From: Anaeromyxobacter sp.
Lineage (GTDB): Bacteria; Myxococcota; Myxococcia; Myxococcales; Anaeromyxobacteraceae
Direction of reading: 5' to 3'
DNA length: 64,000 nucleotides
NCBI GenBank assembly: GCA_049840735.1
Contig: JASGJN010000022.1
Location: 416,001 to 480,000, forward strand
The notes under the pieces were generated by a model. That model was not told the origin of the DNA. It saw only the letters and a list, made by a program, of their open reading frames with translations, and made no database searches. Positions 47,593 through 56,772 of this stretch are shown one piece after another. How positions within the stretch are numbered: position 1 is the first letter of the stretch; each line of letters opens with the position of its first letter. A program made the position numbers and the translations under genes.

Positions 47593-48597
47593 TCAGCCCG
47601 TGTGGACCTCGCCCCCGCCGTTCCGCCGGCTGAACAGCTCGGAGAAGACCTCCTCCAGCGGCGGATCCTCCACCGTCAGGTCCGAGACCGGGAAGGCCGC
47701 CAGCAGCCGGGCCACCGCGCTCGACACCTCGGCGGCCGGCACCTGCACCACCGCCTGCCCGGGCTCGGCCGCGACCACCTGGCCGTGGCGCGCCAGGTCG
47801 GCGGCGGCGGGCGTGGCGCCGCCCTCGGCGAAGCGGACCACGATCCGCTTGTCCGGCCGGATCTCGCGCGAGAGGGCGCGCAGGTCCCCGTCGTAGACCA
47901 GCCGGCCGTGGTCGATGACGATCACGCGCGGGCAGAGCTGGAGCACGTCCTCCATGTAGTGGCTGGTGAGGAGCACCGAGGCGCCGAACCGCTCGTTGTA
48001 GGCCTTCACGAAGCTGCGCACGGTGGCCTGCATGGAGACGTCGAGGCCGATGGTGGGCTCGTCCAGGAACAGCACCTTGGGCCGGTGGAGCAGGGCCGCG
48101 GCCAGCTCGCACTTCATCCGCTCGCCCAGCGACAGCTGGCGGGTGGGCTTGTTCACCAGGTCGCCGAGGCCGAGCAGGGTGGTGAGCTCCTCCAGCGTCT
48201 CCTCGAAGCGGGCCTTGGGGACGTCGTAGATGGCGCGGTTGAGCGCGAAGGTCTCGGCGGGCGGCAGGTCCCAGAGGAGCTGCTGCTTCTGCCCCATCAC
48301 CAGCGTGATGGTCTTGAGGAAGTCCGGCGCCCGCCGGCGCGGCACGTGGCCGGCCACCTCAACCTCCCCGGCGGTGGGGTGGAGCAGGCCGGAGAGCATC
48401 TTGAGGGTGGTGGTCTTGCCGGCCCCGTTGGGCCCCAGGAAGCCGACCCGCTCCCCTTCACCGACCGAGAAGTCGATCCCGTCCACGGCGCGGACGGTGT
48501 CGTAGCTGCGCCGGAAGAGCGAGCGCACGGCGGCGCCCAGCCCGGGCGGGCGCCGGTGCACCTTGTAGTGCTTGGTGAGGCCGCGGACGGTGATCAC
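47593..48597 (-). CDS. ABC transporter ATP-binding subunit (DUF990-permease partner type)
   Basis: GPNGAGKTT, VMGQKQQLLWDLP, LSLGERMKCEL, LFLDEPTIGLD, TSH. Confidence 0.93.
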   Translation of the reverse strand: MITVRGLTKHYKVHRRPPGLGAAVRSLFRRSYDTVRAVDGIDFSVGEGERVGFLGPNGAGKTTTLKMLSGLLHPTAGEVEVAGHVPRRRAPDFLKTITLVMGQKQQLLWDLPPAETFALNRAIYDVPKARFEETLEELTTLLGLGDLVNKPTRQLSLGERMKCELAAALLHRPKVLFLDEPTIGLDVSMQATVRSFVKAYNERFGASVLLTSHYMEDVLQLCPRVIVIDHGRLVYDGDLRALSREIRPDKRIVVRFAEGGATPAAADLARHGQVVAAEPGQAVVQVPAAEVSSAVARLLAAFPVSDLTVEDPPLEEVFSELFSRRNGGGEVHTG

Positions 48598-48705
48598 GGG
48601 GCCGGATATTGCGGTGAGGCCCGCCCCGGGGCAAGCGGTGATGTGCCGCCCAGGCGCCCCGCCAGAGCTTGCCCCGGCCCCTGCCCGCCCCGGCTACGCT
48701 GGGCC

Positions 48706-49683
48706 ATGCCCGCTCCGAAGAAGCGCCCCGCCACCAAGTCCGGCCGCCCGCGCGCCCGCAAGGGCGTGAAGCTCGAGCCCACCGACCTGACCCCGCCGCA
48801 GCTGGCGCTCGCCGACCGGCCGCCCGAGCTCGAGGAGCTGGCGCGCGCCGTGGAGGCGGACGGCGGCGCGGTGCTGGCCGCCTACCGCGAGCCGCTGGGC
48901 GGCCACGCCCTGCTCTTCACCGCCCTGCCGGTGGAGAAGGTGGAGCGGAGCGCCTTCCAGCGCGACGTGTCCGACCCGCACGTGCGCCGGCTCACCGTGG
49001 CCATGGACAAGACCCGGCGCTACCTCGACCCGATCATCGCGGTGCGGGAGGGGGACGCCTACCTCACGCCCAACGGCGGCCACCGCCTCACCGCGCTGAA
49101 GGAGCTGGGGGCGAAGAGCGTGCTGGCGCTGCTGGTGCCGGAGAAGGCGGTCGCCTACCAGATCCTGGCCCTCAACATCGAGAAGGCCCACAACCTGCGG
49201 GAGAAGGCGCTGGAGGTGGTCCGCATGTACCGGGACCTGGCCGGCGGCCCGGATCCGAAGGAGGTCGAGCTGGCGCTGGAGTTCGAGGAGCCGGCCCTGG
49301 TCACGCTGGGCTTCGCGTACGAGCAGCGCGGGCGGCTGTCGGGGTCCGCCTATGCGCCCATCCTGCGCAAGGTGGACGCGCTCCTGGATCGGAAGCTCTC
49401 GGCCGCGACCGCGGAGCGGGAGCGGCGAGCCGGGCTGGTGCTGGCGTTCGACGACGCGGTCAACGAGGCGGTGGGGCGGCTGAAGGAGAAGGGGTTCGAC
49501 TCGCCGTACCTGAAGAGCTTCGTGGTGGCGCGGGTGAACCCGCTGCGGTTCATGAAGGGCGGGGCGCCGCCGCTGGAGGAGCTGTTCGAGACCATGACGA
49601 AGCGGGCCCGCGGGATGGACCCGGGGAAGATCAAGGCGACAGACGTGGCGAGGAGCGGGGGGGCGCCGAGCGGGGAGGAGTAG
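48706..49683 (+). CDS. Orphan ParB/Srx-domain protein
   Basis: Basic N-tail, FQRD, YLDPII, NGGHRL, ALNIEKAHNLREK; no parA in the window. Confidence 0.8.
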   Translation: MPAPKKRPATKSGRPRARKGVKLEPTDLTPPQLALADRPPELEELARAVEADGGAVLAAYREPLGGHALLFTALPVEKVERSAFQRDVSDPHVRRLTVAMDKTRRYLDPIIAVREGDAYLTPNGGHRLTALKELGAKSVLALLVPEKAVAYQILALNIEKAHNLREKALEVVRMYRDLAGGPDPKEVELALEFEEPALVTLGFAYEQRGRLSGSAYAPILRKVDALLDRKLSAATAERERRAGLVLAFDDAVNEAVGRLKEKGFDSPYLKSFVVARVNPLRFMKGGAPPLEELFETMTKRARGMDPGKIKATDVARSGGAPSGEE

Positions 49684-49812
49684 GGCCGAGGGTCAGCGAT
49701 GTCGTGGGTGCCAGGCGGCGGGACGGGGGGGCTGCCGGGGGGACAGGGCGCTGGGGTGGCCCCTGCCCCAGCGCCGAGCGCGGTGCCGTGCTGAGGGAAA
49801 GGGGTGGGGGCT

Positions 49813-50048
49813 GGGGACGAGGTGGGGACGGGGGACGAGGTGGGGGCGGGGACGAGGTGGGGGCGGGGACGAGGTGGGGGCGGGGACGAGGTGGGGGCGG
49901 GGACGAGGTGGGGGCGGGGACGAGGTGGGGGCGGGGGACGAGGTGGGGGGCGGGGACGAGGTGGGGGCGGGGGACGAGGTGGGGGCGGGGGACGAGGTGG
50001 GGGCGGGGGACGAGGTGGGGGCGGGGACGAGGTGGGGGCGGGGACGAG
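49813..50048 (+). repeat. G-rich tandem repeat, about 14 x 17-18 bp, unit GGGGACGAGGTGGGGGC
   Basis: 14 ACGAG cores separated by G4-G6 runs. Confidence 0.95.
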
Positions 50049-50049
50049 T

Positions 50050-50206
50050 AGGCGGGGTCAGGTCATGCGTGTTGGCGCTCGCCTGCTCCAGTGCGTGGGC
50101 AATCGAGAGTCCCGTATTCCAGCGCGTGCGCCCTTGGGGTCAACTGGGAGTCACTTACTCCAGCGCGTGCGCCCTTGGGGTCAGATCTGAGGCGGGGTCA
50201 GGTCAT
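50050..50206. repeat. Short direct-repeat cluster: TCCAGCGCGTGCGCCCTTGGGGTCA x2 and AGGCGGGGTCAGGTCAT x2
   Basis: 25-mer at 50118 and 50159; 17-mer at 50050 and 50190; degenerate copies at ~50083 and 50941. Confidence 0.85.
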
Positions 50207-50219
50207 TGCTGATGAGGAT

Positions 50220-50269
50220 CCGTTCGGGCTGAGCGTAGCGAGCCCGCAGGGCTCGCGGAGTCGAAGCCC
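50220..50269. repeat. Single REP-like unit, copy E
   Basis: CCGTTCGGGCTGAGCGTAG-CGAGCCCGCAGGGCTCG-CGGAGTCGAAGCCC. Confidence 0.8.
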
Positions 50270-50655
50270 AGGCGCCAACAAGGTCACCCGCGCGCTGGAG
50301 CAAGCGCAGGTGGGGCGTGTCGAGGCGTTGCGGAGATTTCGCTTGACGTGAAATGGGCGCAGGGTGGTCTCCGCGGGACGGGGCTGCAGGAAACGGCTCT
50401 CCTGCAGCACTCTTCGTGATCCCCTTGGCGCGCGGGGAGGTGCGTGAGGGGGCGGAGAGGGGGTCTCGAAGATCTCGCGCCTGGCGATGCGCCAGGGGCC
50501 TCCGCGGGACCTCGAGGCGGACGAGCGGGGCATCAAGGTCGAGTTCCTGCTGGTGGTGACCCTCAAGCCGCGCGAGGCGCCGAAGGACGGGGTACGTCGG
50601 CTCCCTTGTCCGTTCCCCGGCGCTCCCCAGCGCCGTCCGGTGGATTCCAACGGGT

Positions 50656-50930
50656 GTGACTGCACTGGTGACCGCGTCGGTTGAGGCGGTTCCATCCCAG
50701 CCTCAGGAACCGGCCGTCTCCTCGGAGCCCGCCTTCGCGCTCTCGGCGCCCAACCCCGTCCCCGGCCGCCCGGAGCTTCACCCGGTCAACGCGGAGCAGT
50801 GGTCGATGCGCGTCACCCTCGACGAGGCGGCGCACGCTGACCTCGAGGCCCTCCGTGAACTCCCACAACCAGTGGGCGGCGGTGGAGGCCTACGGGCGCG
50901 AGAAGATGGCCGCCTTCATCCCCTCCCTCT
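50656..50930 (+). pseudogene. Probable internally deleted HNH endonuclease remnant
   Basis: PVNAEQWSMRVTLD..DLEAL joined out of frame to SHNQWAAVEAYGREKMAAF, which resembles the C-terminus of myxobacterial HNH proteins (from recall). Confidence 0.5.
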
Positions 50931-50990
50931 CCCATTCACCTGCTCCAGCGCGTGCGCCCTTGAGGTGATCACCTCAGGGCCGCCGGCCGA

Positions 50991-52453
50991 TCACCCGGTC
51001 CGCGCCACCTGGTCCGACGCCAGCACCCACTCGATCCGGGCTCGCAGCGCCCCGGTTCGAACGGCTTCACCAGCCGGGGCAGGCCGGTGCGCTCCAGGAA
51101 CTCGTACGCGGCGGCCGGAGGCGAGGCGGGCGTGAGCGCCACGAAGCGGCGGTGCAGGTCGGGGCGCAGCTCCATCAGCCGGGCGTGCAGCGCGGCGCCG
51201 TCGGGCTCGGGCAGGGTCAGGCTGCACACCACCAGGTCCAGGTCGGCGCCGGAGGCCAGCACGCTCACGGCCTCGGCGCGGGTGCAGGCGGTGAGCACGG
51301 TCAGGTCGCCCAGCGCCAGCGCCACCTGCCGCGCAAGCTCCGGGTCCTCGTCCACGAACAGGACCCGGGTCCCGCGCCCGGGCAGCGGGGCGGGCGTGTA
51401 CAGGCGCCCGGGGACCGGCGTCACCGCGGGCCGGGGCGACTCGAGCTCGCGCAGGGCGGACGCGAACGCGGTCAGCTCCTGCACGATGGCGGCGATCCGG
51501 TCGGCGCCCTCGGCGATCTCCGCGGTGGCCTCGCGCGCGTCGGAGGCCTCGCGGGCGAGGTGCTCCAGCTCCTGGGCCACGAACTTCGCGTTGGCCTTCA
51601 CGGCCGCCAGCGGGCTGTTGATGCCATGGGCCACGCTGCCGGACAGCCGCCCCAGCGCGGCCAGCCGCTCGGACCGCGCCAGCGCCGCGTGCGCCGCGGC
51701 CAGCTCCCGCCCGCGCTCCTCGGCCATGTGCTCGAGGCGGCCCGAGAGCTCGGCCAGGGCCCGGGCGTCGCGCCCGACGCGCCAGGACAGCTCGCCGCCG
51801 ATGCCCAGCAGGCCCACCAGGAAGCCCAGGTCGAGCATGTAGGGCGCGTCGGTGAGCTCGGCCACCGCACCGATCTCCACCACCGCGGCGGCGATCAGGA
51901 CGCTGAAGCCGGCGGCCTGCACCACCGAGCCGGGCGCGCGCCTGCGCAGCCGGCGCACCACGTTGCGCACCGGCACGCCGCCGGCCAGCGCCAAGAGCGC
52001 CATGGCCCCGAGCCCCACCGGCGTCACCGCGCCGGTGCGGTAGGCGAGCCCCAGCGCGGGCACGCGGTGCAGGCCGATGGGCGTGCTCACGAACGAGCCG
52101 GGCCACCAGGCCAGCGCGGCCAGCGCGAACAGCCCGGCGATCACCGCGCCGTCCACCGGCGGCGGCGGATCGCCCTCCAGCCGCCGCACCGCGGCCCCGT
52201 AGCCGATCCAGGCCGCGATGTGGATCGCCAGCGCCGACCAGCTGAGCTGGTTCGCGGCCAGCACCAGGGCGTCGGAGGGACCGAGCAGCGTCTGCGGGAT
52301 GTTGGACGCGCTGTAGATCGAGGCGGTGAAGGCCACCAGCGAGAAGCGGCGCAGGTGGCCCCACCCCGGCGCGTGGGCGAGCGCCAGGCAGAGCACGCCC
52401 AGGCCCGCGGCCATCGCGCAGGCCGTCACCGACACGGTGGCGGCGATCGTCAT
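50991..52453 (-). CDS. Membrane sensor with degenerate HisKA, no HATPase domain and a pseudo-receiver; probable 1-base deletion at ~51052
   Basis: About seven TMs, VAHGINSPL, then directly VLFVDEDP..DLVVCSL..LVKPF. Adding one G restores KPFEPGALRARIEWVL..* ending at 50991; as given, the ORF ends at 50969. Confidence 0.8.
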
Positions 52454-52580
52454 GGAGGGCGCATGTTATCGCTGCGTCCGACGCTCGTGGAGCGTGATTC
52501 AGGTGGGTCGGGGCGACCGGCGGCGGGTCCACCGGGCCTGGGCCAGGGGCCGGCCCCACCCGGCCTCAACCCCCGGCGGC

Positions 52581-53060
52581 TCAGCGGCGGGGGCTCTGCC
52601 GCTCGGCGCGCGCCAGCACCAGCCGCTTCTCCAGCTCTCCGCCGATGTGCGCCAGGGTGGCATCGTCCACGTGCCCCTCGGCGTAGGGAAAGAGCTCACG
52701 CTCCTCCCAGCGGACGTGGCGCTCCAGCAGGTCGGCGAAGGCGGCCAGCGCGGCACGCACCTCGGGCGGCCGGGCGGTGCGGGCGGCCACCAGCAGCCGG
52801 GTCAGCTCGGCGTGCTCGCTGGTGAGCCGGCGCATGTCGGCCTCGGAGAGGTGCGTCCCCAGCAGCTCCTCCTCGGCGCGTGTGTGCGGTCGGAGCACCT
52901 GCTCGTCGTAGCGCCGGGCGAGCGACAGCAGGCCGGGGAGATTGCGCGGGGCGCCGGCGGCCTCGGCGTGGCCGGCCAGCGCCTGCTTCAGCTGGAACGC
53001 CACCAGGAGCGCCTGGTGGTGCTCGCTCGACAGCGGCTTGAGCTGCTTGGAGCGGCGCAT
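52581..53060 (-). CDS. Hemerythrin/HHE-domain protein
   Basis: LSSEHHQAL, HTRAEEE, EHAEL, HVRWEERELFP. Confidence 0.88.
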   Translation of the reverse strand: MRRSKQLKPLSSEHHQALLVAFQLKQALAGHAEAAGAPRNLPGLLSLARRYDEQVLRPHTRAEEELLGTHLSEADMRRLTSEHAELTRLLVAARTARPPEVRAALAAFADLLERHVRWEERELFPYAEGHVDDATLAHIGGELEKRLVLARAERQSPRR

Positions 53061-53156
53061 GGGGGGATCGTCGCCCAAGGGGCGGGTGCCCGCAACACAT
53101 GGCGCGGTGACGATGCTCTTCGGGGGGCTCCCGCTGGGGTGCCAGGCTGCGACGAG

Positions 53157-53185
53157 TTGACGCTGCGCAGCAAGGTCCTTAAATC
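53157..53185 (+). promoter_or_regulatory. Putative sigma70-type promoter for fadIJ
   Basis: TTGACG-N16-TTAAAT about 45 bp upstream of the fadI ATG. Confidence 0.4.
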
Positions 53186-53230
53186 GACCGGCGCAGCGAC
53201 CGATTTCCAAATCAGCGGGGAGCTTCGTCC

Positions 53231-54538
53231 ATGGCCATGAACGGTTCCATTCCGGCCGGCCGCAGGGCCGCCGTGATCGCCGGTCTCCGTACCCCCTTCG
53301 TGAAGGCGGGCACGGACTTCAAGGATCTCTCCGCCACCGACCTCGGCGCGCTGGTGGTGAACGAGCTGGTGGCGCGCAGCGGGATTGCGCCGCGCGAGTT
53401 CGACTCGGTGGTGTTCGGGCAGGTGATCCCGTCCACCACGGTGACGCTCATCGGGCGCGAGATGGTCCTGCGCACCCAGCTGCCGCGCAACGTCCAGGCC
53501 CACACGGTGGCCCGCGCCTGCGCCACCTCCCTGCAGGCCGCCACCGCCGCGGCCGACCAGATCAACCTCGGCCACTCCGACGCCGCCATCGCGGGCGGGG
53601 CCGAGTCGATGTCCGACGCCCCCATCTTCGCCTCGCGCACGCTGGCCCAGACGCTGGTGGACGTCTCCCGCGCCAAGAGCGTGGGCGACCGGCTGAAGCT
53701 GCTCTCCCGCCTGCGCCCGCGCGACTTCGCCCCCAACCCGCCCGCGCTCAAGGAGCCCACCACCGGGCTGACCATGGGCGAGAGCGCCGAGCGCATGGCG
53801 CAGCTCAACGCCATCCCCCGCGCCGCGCAGGACACGCTCGCCTACGAGAGCCACGCGCGCGCCGCGGCCGCCTGGGAGGCCGGCCGGTTCGAGGGCGAGG
53901 TGATGCACGTGGCCGTGCCGCCCCGCTACGAGAAGATCTCGGCGCGCGACAACATCGTCCGCAAGGACACCACCGTGGCGGCGCTGGGGCAGCTCCGGCC
54001 CGTGTTCGACCGCCGGCACGGCACCATCACCGCCGGCAACGCCTCGCCGCTCACCGACGGCGCGGCGGCGGTGATCCTCATGAGCGACGAGAAGGCCAAG
54101 TCGCTGGGGCTCAAGCCGCTGGGCTACATCAAGGCCTACGCCTACGCCGCCCTCGACCCGCGCGACCAGCTGCTGCAGGGGCCGGCCTACGCCGCCCCCG
54201 TCGCGCTGGAGCGGGCCGGGCTGCGCCTGGCCGACATGGACCTGGTGGACATGCACGAGGCCTTCGCGGCGCAGGTGCTCTCCAACCTGAAGGCGTTCGC
54301 GTCGCGCAGCTTCGCCGAGAAGGAGCTGGGGCGCGGCGAGCCGCTGGGCGAGGTGGACCCCGCCCGGCTCAACGTCAACGGCGGCTCGATCGCCATCGGC
54401 CACCCCTTCGCCGCCACCGGCGCGCGGATGATCACCCAGACGCTGCGGGAGCTGGAGCGCCGCGGCGGCCAGCACGCGCTGCTGACGGTGTGCGCCGCCG
54501 GCGGCATCGGCGCCGCGGTGGTGCTGGAGCGGGCGTAG
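53231..54538 (+). CDS. fadI: 3-ketoacyl-CoA thiolase (FadI type)
   Basis: GLRTPF, RACATS, NASPLTDGA, MHEAFAAQVL, GSIAIGHPFAATG, CAAGG. Confidence 0.95.
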   Translation: MAMNGSIPAGRRAAVIAGLRTPFVKAGTDFKDLSATDLGALVVNELVARSGIAPREFDSVVFGQVIPSTTVTLIGREMVLRTQLPRNVQAHTVARACATSLQAATAAADQINLGHSDAAIAGGAESMSDAPIFASRTLAQTLVDVSRAKSVGDRLKLLSRLRPRDFAPNPPALKEPTTGLTMGESAERMAQLNAIPRAAQDTLAYESHARAAAAWEAGRFEGEVMHVAVPPRYEKISARDNIVRKDTTVAALGQLRPVFDRRHGTITAGNASPLTDGAAAVILMSDEKAKSLGLKPLGYIKAYAYAALDPRDQLLQGPAYAAPVALERAGLRLADMDLVDMHEAFAAQVLSNLKAFASRSFAEKELGRGEPLGEVDPARLNVNGGSIAIGHPFAATGARMITQTLRELERRGGQHALLTVCAAGGIGAAVVLERA

Positions 54539-54600
54539 CGACTTCCAACGGACCCAGTGCTCCGCCGGCGCCGCACGCGGCCCGGCGGGTGGAGCGAGCG

Positions 54601-56772
54601 ATGATGACCGCAGAGGCGGTTGCTACGGCCCAGGCGACGCTGCGCAACTTCAAGCTGGAGGTGGCGGACGGCGTCGCCACCCTGCTGCTCGACGAGCCGG
54701 GCGAGAGCGTGAACGTGCTCGAGCCGGGCGTGGCGGGCGAGTTCTTCGGCCTGCTGGACCGGCTGGAGCAGGACCCGGCGGTGAAGGCGGTGGTGCTGGC
54801 CAGCGGCAAGAAGGACGGCTTCGTGGCCGGGGCCAAGATCGACATGATCCAGGCGGCCCGCAGCACGGCCGAGGCCGAGCAGCTGGCGCGCGACGCCCAG
54901 GCCGGCTTCGACCGGCTGGCGGCCTGGAGGAAGCCGGTGGTGGCCGCCATCCACGGCGCCTGCCTGGGCGGCGGGCTGGAGTGGGCGCTGGCCTGCCACT
55001 GGCGCATCGCCACCGACCACCGGAAGACGCAGCTCGGCCTGCCCGAGACGCAGCTGGGGCTCATCCCGGGCGCGGGCGGCACGCAGCGGCTCCCCCGGCT
55101 GATCGGGCTGCAGGCCGCGCTGGACATGATCCTGGCCGGCAAGACCGTGAAGGCCAGGAAGGCGCTCAAGCTGGGGCTGGTGGACGACCTGGTCCCGCCG
55201 CCGCTCCTGCTCCAGGTGGCGCGCGAGCGCGCGCTGGCGCTGGCGGCCGGCAAGGCCCGCCGCACGCCCCCCAAGGCCGGCGCCGCCGCGCAGCTGACCC
55301 GCGCCGCGCTGGAGGGGAACGCCCTCGGGCGCGGGGTGGTCTTCTCGCAGGCGCGCAAGGCGGTGCTGGGCAAGACGCGCGGCCACTACCCGGCGCCGCT
55401 CCGCGCGCTGGAGGCCATCGAGGCCGGCTACCGCGGCGGGTTCGCGAAGGGGCTGGCCCGCGAGGCCGAGCTGTTCGGGCAGCTCTCGCAGGGCGACGTC
55501 TCGAAGCGGCTGATCGAGATCTTCTTCGCCCAGACGGCGCTGAAGAAGGACAGCGGCGTGGACGACCCCGCCGTCAAGCCGCGCGAGGTGTCGCGCGTGG
55601 GCGTGCTGGGCGGCGGCCTGATGGGCAGCGGCATCGCCTACGTGACGGTGGGCGCCGACGTGCCGGTGCGCCTGCGCGAGCGCGACGACGCCGCCGGCGC
55701 CAGGGCGCTGGCCAGCGTGCGCGGCATCCTGGACGAGCGGGTCAAGAAGCGCTCCATCGACCGGCTCGAGCGGGACGAGAAGATGCGCCTGCTCACCACC
55801 ACCACCGACTGGTCCGGCTTCGCCAGCGTGGACGTGCTCATCGAGGCGGTGTTCGAGGACCTGGCGCTCAAGCAGGAGATGGTGAAGGCCTTCGAGGCGG
55901 TGAACCCGCGGGGCATCTTCGCCTCCAACACCTCGTCCATCCCCATCGGCGACATCGCCAAGGCCTCGGCCCACCCCGAGACCGTGCTGGGGATGCACTA
56001 CTTCTCGCCGGTCAACAAGATGCCGCTCTGCGAGATCATCGTCACCCCGCAGACCTCGCCCGAGGCCACGGCCACCGCGGTGGCGCTGGGCAAGAAGCAG
56101 GGCAAGGTGGTGATCGTGGTGGGGGACGGGCCGGGCTTCTACACCAGCCGCATCCTGGCCCCGTACATGAACGAGGCCGCCCAGCTGCTGGTGGAGGGGG
56201 CCGCCATCGAGGACCTCGACCGCGCGCTGACCGCCTTCGGCTTCCCGGTCGGCCCCATCACCCTGCTCGACGAGGTGGGCATCGACGTCGGCGACAAGGT
56301 CGGCAAGATCCTGCACGGCGCCTTCGGCGAGCGCATGTCGCCGCCGGCCGCGCTCCACGACGTGGTGGCCGCCGGCCGCCTGGGGCGGAAGAACCGCAAG
56401 GGCTTCTACACCTACGACGGCAAGAAGAAGCAGGTGGACCGGACCGTCTACGACCTGCTGCCCGGCGGCCAGGCCCGCAAGGCCATCCCGGCGGAGGAGA
56501 TCCAGCAGCGGGTGGTGCTGCAGATGGTCAACGAGGCCATCCTCTGCCTGGGCGAGAAGATCCTGCGCAGCCCGCGCGACGGCGACGTGGGCGCGGTCTT
56601 CGGCCTGGGGTTCCCGCCCTTCCGCGGCGGCCCCTTCCGCTGGGCGGACGCGGTGGGCACGAAGGCGCTGCTGGAGAAGATGCAGGCGCTGCAGCAGCGG
56701 CTCGGCGCGCGCTTCGCGCCGGCGCCGCTGCTGGTGGAGCTCGGCGCGGCCAACCGGCCGTTCCACGGCTGA
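54601..56772 (+). CDS. fadJ: Fatty acid oxidation complex alpha subunit
   Basis: Crotonase domain CLGGGLEWAL..LPETQLGLIPGAGGTQRL; dehydrogenase domain GGGLMGSGIA, ASNTS, GMHYFSPV; FPPFRGGPF. Confidence 0.95.
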   Translation: MMTAEAVATAQATLRNFKLEVADGVATLLLDEPGESVNVLEPGVAGEFFGLLDRLEQDPAVKAVVLASGKKDGFVAGAKIDMIQAARSTAEAEQLARDAQAGFDRLAAWRKPVVAAIHGACLGGGLEWALACHWRIATDHRKTQLGLPETQLGLIPGAGGTQRLPRLIGLQAALDMILAGKTVKARKALKLGLVDDLVPPPLLLQVARERALALAAGKARRTPPKAGAAAQLTRAALEGNALGRGVVFSQARKAVLGKTRGHYPAPLRALEAIEAGYRGGFAKGLAREAELFGQLSQGDVSKRLIEIFFAQTALKKDSGVDDPAVKPREVSRVGVLGGGLMGSGIAYVTVGADVPVRLRERDDAAGARALASVRGILDERVKKRSIDRLERDEKMRLLTTTTDWSGFASVDVLIEAVFEDLALKQEMVKAFEAVNPRGIFASNTSSIPIGDIAKASAHPETVLGMHYFSPVNKMPLCEIIVTPQTSPEATATAVALGKKQGKVVIVVGDGPGFYTSRILAPYMNEAAQLLVEGAAIEDLDRALTAFGFPVGPITLLDEVGIDVGDKVGKILHGAFGERMSPPAALHDVVAAGRLGRKNRKGFYTYDGKKKQVDRTVYDLLPGGQARKAIPAEEIQQRVVLQMVNEAILCLGEKILRSPRDGDVGAVFGLGFPPFRGGPFRWADAVGTKALLEKMQALQQRLGARFAPAPLLVELGAANRPFHG

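Noticed and set aside
50083..50206. Possible mini-CRISPR (25-bp repeats)
   Set aside because: Only two good copies, the 16-bp gap is too short and partly repeated, and no cas genes are present.
49804..50212. Gly-rich ORFs over the G-rich repeat
   Set aside because: Unit lengths of 17-18 bp do not preserve frame; the translations are by-products of the repeat.
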